A DNA stretch of 64,000 bases from Tannerellaceae bacterium (lineage in GTDB: Bacteria > Bacteroidota > Bacteroidia > Bacteroidales > Tannerellaceae): contig JAITKB010000067.1 in assembly GCA_031278605.1 (NCBI GenBank), positions 4,887 through 68,886 on the forward strand, written 5' to 3'. The notes beneath the pieces were generated by a model. It ran no database searches, had not been told where the DNA came from, and saw nothing but the letters and a program-made list of their open reading frames with translations. Positions 59,189-64,000 of this stretch are shown in pieces (the first letter of the stretch is position 1; each line of letters begins with the position of its first letter). The position numbers and the translations under genes are program-made.

Positions 59189-59719
59189 TCAGGTTTTATA
59201 CCGATGCACCGCTTTGCGGATGGAGGGCAAACCAAAATCTTCCGGATTCAGATCGTTGGGGTGGAGCACAAGAATTTCTTGGGCGTCGTCGGCCGCCCGG
59301 GCGCCTTCAAAATGCGCCGCATCACATGCAAAGAACAAATCCAGGGTATGCACCTGAACGCCTTTGTAGGGATAGATATTCGGAAGGGAGAACAGGTAGC
59401 GGCAGTTGGGGAGCAAAAGTCCGGTTTCTTCTTTCACCTCACGGTAAACGGCTTCTTCCGCCGTTTCGTTGCTGTCGGCAAAACCACCCGGAAGGTCTAA
59501 CGTACCCGAAGCCGGCTCCTTGGCCCTGCGCACCAGCAGGAGTTCCCCTTTCTTATTCCGGATAAAACAGGCTACCGAGGCCGACGGATTGGAATAATAG
59601 GTGAATCCGCAGGCAGCACACTGCTTTGCCTTTTCGTTCCGGACGGCAAACAGGCCGGATCCGCAGGCCGGACAATACGCAAAGGGCTGTAAAGGGTGGG
59701 GCATCTTTGGGTGGGGCAT
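59189..59719 (-). CDS. NUDIX hydrolase with N-terminal zinc ribbon (NudC-like)
   Basis: CPACG...CAACG, Nudix box GGFADSNETAEEAVYREVKEETG. Alternative start at 59704. Confidence 0.92.
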   Translation of the reverse strand: MPHPKMPHPLQPFAYCPACGSGLFAVRNEKAKQCAACGFTYYSNPSASVACFIRNKKGELLLVRRAKEPASGTLDLPGGFADSNETAEEAVYREVKEETGLLLPNCRYLFSLPNIYPYKGVQVHTLDLFFACDAAHFEGARAADDAQEILVLHPNDLNPEDFGLPSIRKAVHRYKT

Positions 59720-59724
59720 CTTTC

Positions 59725-60705
59725 CTAAACCTCCTTCGCTTCCCAGCCCAGTGCGCTGGCGCCCAGTATGGCCGCATCGGCCTCTTTCAGCTGCGAGAAG
59801 ATCAATTTCGTCTTTCCGGCGTATACGCTCAATATGTTTTTGTCCATTGCTTCCTGTATCGGGTCGGCAATCAGTTTGCCGGCTTTGGCTAATCCGCCGA
59901 ATAAAATAATCGCTTCGGGGCTTGAAAAGGCAATAAAATCGGCAAAGGCTTCGCCCAGCAAATGGCCGGTTGTTTCAAATATATCAAGCGCTATCCGGTC
60001 ATTCAGCATAGCCGCTTCGTATATATCTTTCGAGGTAATGGTTGCCGGGTCTAAATCGCGCAGCAAACTGTTTTCGGAGCGTATCTCCAGGTATTCGCGT
60101 GCCGTATGCGCCACGCCCGTGGCCGAGGCGTAGGTCTCCAAACAACCCTGCCGGCCGCAACCGCACATCCGTCCGTTGTGGCGACGCACAATGACGTGTC
60201 CCAATTCGCCGGCAAACCCATCGTGCCCATACACCAGATTGCCGCCTATCACGATACCACTGCCTACGCCTGTACCCAAGGTTATCATAATAAAATCCTT
60301 CATCCCCCGCGCCGCGCCGTAGGTCATTTCCCCGATAGCGGCCGCATTCGCGTCGTTGGTTAGCGTAACGGGGATATGATTCAGTTTTTCGGAAATCTTC
60401 TGTGCCAGCGGAATCCGTCCTTTCCAGGGCAGGTTGGCGGCAGCTTCAATACAGCCGTTGAAGTAATTTCCATTGGGAGCGCCTATTCCTATTCCTTTAA
60501 TTTTAGAGAGGTCCTCTACCTGGTTAACGGCAATTCGGATGGCTTGCGCCAGCTCACTCACATAATCGTTCACATCAACATGTTTATTCGTTTTAATCGA
60601 ACCGCTTTGCAAGATACTTCCTCTTGCATCCACCACGCCGAACACGGTATTTGTACCGCCCATATCAATGCCTATGACATAAGGCTTTTCCATAAATTTT
60701 GTCAT
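59725..60705 (-). CDS. glk: ROK family glucokinase
   Basis: GIDMGGT, NDANAAAIGE, TLGTGVGSG, GELGH, CGCGRQGCLETYAS. Confidence 0.93.
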   Translation of the reverse strand: MTKFMEKPYVIGIDMGGTNTVFGVVDARGSILQSGSIKTNKHVDVNDYVSELAQAIRIAVNQVEDLSKIKGIGIGAPNGNYFNGCIEAAANLPWKGRIPLAQKISEKLNHIPVTLTNDANAAAIGEMTYGAARGMKDFIMITLGTGVGSGIVIGGNLVYGHDGFAGELGHVIVRRHNGRMCGCGRQGCLETYASATGVAHTAREYLEIRSENSLLRDLDPATITSKDIYEAAMLNDRIALDIFETTGHLLGEAFADFIAFSSPEAIILFGGLAKAGKLIADPIQEAMDKNILSVYAGKTKLIFSQLKEADAAILGASALGWEAKEV

Positions 60706-61025
60706 TTAAAAATTAATAATAAAAACTTCGTATCATTTCGAAAGAGGCAAATGTACATGATAAATATGAATTTCCAGGGATTTCCCGGTAATTCAAGACG
60801 CGATTGCATCCCAAGGGGGGATGTGTATCCGAGCTTTTTTGCATAAAAATAAAAAAACACACAAAAATGTTTGAATTGTAGAATATTTACTGTCTTTGCG
60901 TGGGAAATACTATTATCTTTGCTCGAAAATAAAATCAACCCAACAGAAAAACAGACATTATCCAATTGATAAAATACCAATATTAGGAGACACAAATAAA
61001 CATAACAATCTAACGACAACTTAGT

Positions 61026-61877
61026 ATGGAGAATTTATTCTATTTGGAACAACACCCTTCCTGTCAGAGATATAAATCCGATATTCAAACGGGATTCAAG
61101 TGCAGTGTGATTCAAGCAGGAGAAATAATGAGGGAGACGAGTATGTTTTACAACCATCTTTTGTTCGTCAACGAGGGGTTGATAAGCATTGATTGCAATG
61201 AGTTTGCTAACAGGAAGATCAAAAAAGACGAGTGCATACTCTTGCCTAAAACATCTAAAGCATCTTGCAGAGCGCTGAGAAGGTCCAATTTGCTCGTGAT
61301 GACATTTGATATATTGCAGAGTATTTGCGACAAGGCTATGCTGCAATCTTATCAGCCTTTACACCGCCAGATGAAGTATACTTTTTCGCCTACTCCCATC
61401 CGGCATCCGCTGACAATTTTCATTGAGTTGTTGATGGTTTACCTGCAAGGTGATATTAATTGCGAGCACTTGCACGAAATAAAGGAAAAAGAATTTTTCC
61501 TCGTCCTGCGCAGATGTTATTCCAAAGAAGAGATCATCCATCTGCTTTACCCGATTATCGGAACATCCGATTTCAAATCCTTTATCTTCCAAAATTATAA
61601 GAATGTGCTGAGTATTACGGAACTTGCCGAGTTGTCGGGAATGGGAAGAACGGCTTTCGATGCGAAGTTTCGCGAAGAGTTTGGTCTCTCGGCGCGTCAG
61701 TGGATATTACAGGAAATGGCCAAACACATCCGCTACAAGGCCATGGAACCCGAAGCGACCATACGGAATTTGATGACTGAATTTAAGTTTAATTCCGCTA
61801 CCCATTTTTACCGTTTTTGCAAACAACAATTCAACTGTACTCCGGGCGAATTATTAAGAAATTCAAGAGCACGGTAA
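61026..61877 (+). CDS. AraC family transcriptional regulator (Bacteroidales type)
   Basis: EH.SC..Y N-terminus, C-terminal double HTH (ELAELSGM...F...F; F....HF.RFCK..F..TP). Confidence 0.88.
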   Translation: MENLFYLEQHPSCQRYKSDIQTGFKCSVIQAGEIMRETSMFYNHLLFVNEGLISIDCNEFANRKIKKDECILLPKTSKASCRALRRSNLLVMTFDILQSICDKAMLQSYQPLHRQMKYTFSPTPIRHPLTIFIELLMVYLQGDINCEHLHEIKEKEFFLVLRRCYSKEEIIHLLYPIIGTSDFKSFIFQNYKNVLSITELAELSGMGRTAFDAKFREEFGLSARQWILQEMAKHIRYKAMEPEATIRNLMTEFKFNSATHFYRFCKQQFNCTPGELLRNSRAR

Positions 61878-62160
61878 AAGAAAATGCTTAAAAAAATCGT
61901 GTTTGTTTAATTTGTATATAAAAACGGTTAAAAAATATATTGCAGAATAAAAAAATTGATATATCTTTGCGGCAGATGTATGTGAAGAGAAAATGAATTT
62001 TAACTGAAGAACCCTTTATTTTAATAGTAGAGAGTAAGAATGTTAAATCAAACAGATAAAACTAAGTTCTTGAATTTCAAGTGATTTATTTATTCCAGAC
62101 TGAGTTTTTCTGCGTATGGAGTGTTTGAAAAAAAATGAAAATGAATGGGCTAACCAGAGA

Positions 62161-62724
62161 ATGAGAATGAAAAGGTTTTATGCATTATTTTTTGTTATGA
62201 CATTTATTGTATTTTCCACAGCCAGGAGTCAAACGGTTGCGGTGAAGTCAAATTTGTTGTACGATGCTACCAGCACAGTCAATCTGGGGCTTGAGTTTGG
62301 CTTGTCCCAAAAGTGGACACTCGAGTTCCCCGTCAATTACAATCCTTGGGACTTTGGAGAAAACCGGAAGTTGAAACATTGGATGATTCAACCGGAAGTA
62401 AGGCATTGGTTCTGCCAAAAATTTAACGGACATTTCGTTGGACTGCATGGGCATATTGGGGGTTATAATCTGGGAGGAGTCGGCCTGATAGGACTGAAAG
62501 ATTTTCGCTATGAAGGCAGTTTTTACGGCGCCGGCTTCTCCTACGGATACCACTGGATTTTAAACTCCCGCCTGAGCCTTGAGGCAACAATCGGTTTGGG
62601 ATATGCCTTGCTCGACTACACAAAATTCAAGTGTGAAAAATGTGCTGAGAAAATCAAAGATAATACCAAAAATTATCTGGGCCCCACAAAGGCAGGTGTC
62701 AGCCTCATTTATATAATCAGATAA
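62161..62724 (+). CDS. DUF3575 outer-membrane protein
   Basis: AVKSNLLYDAT, NLGLEF, YNPW, QPEVRHWFC, GHFVGLH, YLGPTKAGVSL. Start uncertain (62116, 62161 or 62167). Confidence 0.9.
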   Translation: MRMKRFYALFFVMTFIVFSTARSQTVAVKSNLLYDATSTVNLGLEFGLSQKWTLEFPVNYNPWDFGENRKLKHWMIQPEVRHWFCQKFNGHFVGLHGHIGGYNLGGVGLIGLKDFRYEGSFYGAGFSYGYHWILNSRLSLEATIGLGYALLDYTKFKCEKCAEKIKDNTKNYLGPTKAGVSLIYIIR

Positions 62725-62736
62725 AAAGACATTGGT

Positions 62737-64000
62737 ATGAAGCGGATTATATACAATACAATTCTAATGTTGGCAATAGGGGCATGGGCGCTGCCCGCCC
62801 AAACGCAAACGGCTATTTATGACGGTAAGATACCGATAAAAATACAACGCTTGCGCCAGGTGGAAGACTCTGTCCAGGTAAGTATGGAGTTTGATTTTTC
62901 CAGCCTTTCCGTAGCGACGGATCGTTACCTTTCGCTCACTCCCATACTCGTGGGGGCGCAGGGAAGAGAGTTGAAGCTGAAAAATATCCGGATAAACGGA
63001 TCCCAGCAGCATAAGGCCTTTTTACGGGAAGTGGATCTGAATGGCTGGCAACGGCAGGTAGCCAACGCGCATTACGCCGTTATTGGGATGAAGGAGGCTC
63101 GGAAAGAGGTGTTCCGCTATGTGACCTCTATCGGTTACGAGGGCTGGATGCGCGAGGCGAAAATGAATGTGATAACCGATTTATGCAACTGCAGTGGGGA
63201 AGCACAGCAAATTGTCTCGGAGAAAGTGGCCGACCGTATCGTGATGGAAGGAGCCGAGCCTTACCGTGTATTGCCGAACGTGGCCTATATACGCCCCGAA
63301 GTGGAATCGGTGAAAGCGCGTAGCGAGTCGAATGACGTATTTCTTGATTTTCCCGTCTCGCAAACGGATATCAATCCGAACTTCGGCAACAATCCCCGCG
63401 AACTGGCGAAAATAGAAACCATCATCCGCGAAATACGCTCGGATGCCAATGTGCAGGTAACGGGGGTTTCTATCACCGGATACGCCTCGCCCGAAGGGGA
63501 TATAAACTTCAACAATCAGCTCTCGCGCGGACGGGCGGAATCTTTGCGCAACTACCTGGCCTCGCGGAGCGGTATTCCCCCACAGCAGTATCGCCTGGGG
63601 AATGGGGGTGAAGACTGGGAGGGATTGGTGCGGATGCTGCAAGGCATAAACAATTTCGGCCCCAAAGAAACCGTACTTTCCATCATCCGCTACTACAACC
63701 CCGTAGAACGCAAGGACAGACTGAAGGCCTTAGACGGCGGACGTTTGTGGCAATGGATGCTGAACGAACTCTATCCAAGGTTGCGCCGCGTGGTGAGCCG
63801 GATAGAATATACGGTGCGCGGTTTCAATTTGGAGGAGGCTAAAGAGGTGATTAAAACACGCCCGCAGCAACTTAGCCTCAATGAAATGTTCCTGGTAGCA
63901 AATACCTACGAGGAGGGAACCCGGGAGTTTGCATCGGTGTTTGAAACGGCTGTACGTGTATTCCCTAACGACCCGGTGGCTAACCTGAATGCCGCGGCTT
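62737..64000 (+). CDS. DUF3868 / OmpA-like / TPR protein, 5' part; runs off the right edge
   Basis: MKRIIYNTILMLAIG signal, LTPILVG, F..NPRELAKI, ITGYASPEG...N..LSRGRA, GEDW.GL, YPRLRR, PQQLSLNEMF. Confidence 0.88.
   Translation, partial: MKRIIYNTILMLAIGAWALPAQTQTAIYDGKIPIKIQRLRQVEDSVQVSMEFDFSSLSVATDRYLSLTPILVGAQGRELKLKNIRINGSQQHKAFLREVDLNGWQRQVANAHYAVIGMKEARKEVFRYVTSIGYEGWMREAKMNVITDLCNCSGEAQQIVSEKVADRIVMEGAEPYRVLPNVAYIRPEVESVKARSESNDVFLDFPVSQTDINPNFGNNPRELAKIETIIREIRSDANVQVTGVSITGYASPEGDINFNNQLSRGRAESLRNYLASRSGIPPQQYRLGNGGEDWEGLVRMLQGINNFGPKETVLSIIRYYNPVERKDRLKALDGGRLWQWMLNELYPRLRRVVSRIEYTVRGFNLEEAKEVIKTRPQQLSLNEMFLVANTYEEGTREFASVFETAVRVFPNDPVANLNAAA

Overview
Chromosomal window from a Bacteroidales bacterium (Tannerellaceae/Parabacteroides-like gene content, many TAnnTTTG promoters). 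It is mostly housekeeping genes: sprA (partial), ruvA, meaB, two DUF1573 genes, alpha-2-macroglobulin, folA, thyA, fkp, sppA, lpxK, thiL, glgB, manA, a queuosine-precursor transporter, dapL, dapF, tkt, pdxK, dGTPase, rsgA, cobU, glucokinase, and the start of an AraC-DUF3575-DUF3868 locus. The unusual signal is intergenic. Five non-coding arrays (about 8.3-8.9, 21.6-22.0, 41.7-42.2, 50.5-50.7 and 59.0-59.1 kb) have unrelated sequences but the same geometry: two alternating palindromes, one centred on an A/T tract, with periods of 41-42 or 22 bp (about 4 or 2 helical turns). Each lies just upstream of a promoter. Two arrays are coupled to divergent DUF6261 (HagB-like) genes. Hand spot-counts suggest the top strand switches from G-rich to C-rich at each array. 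There is also a preQ1-I-like riboswitch candidate and a decayed fimbrillin/glycine-rich adhesin gene. All family assignments are by motif recognition; no database searches were run.
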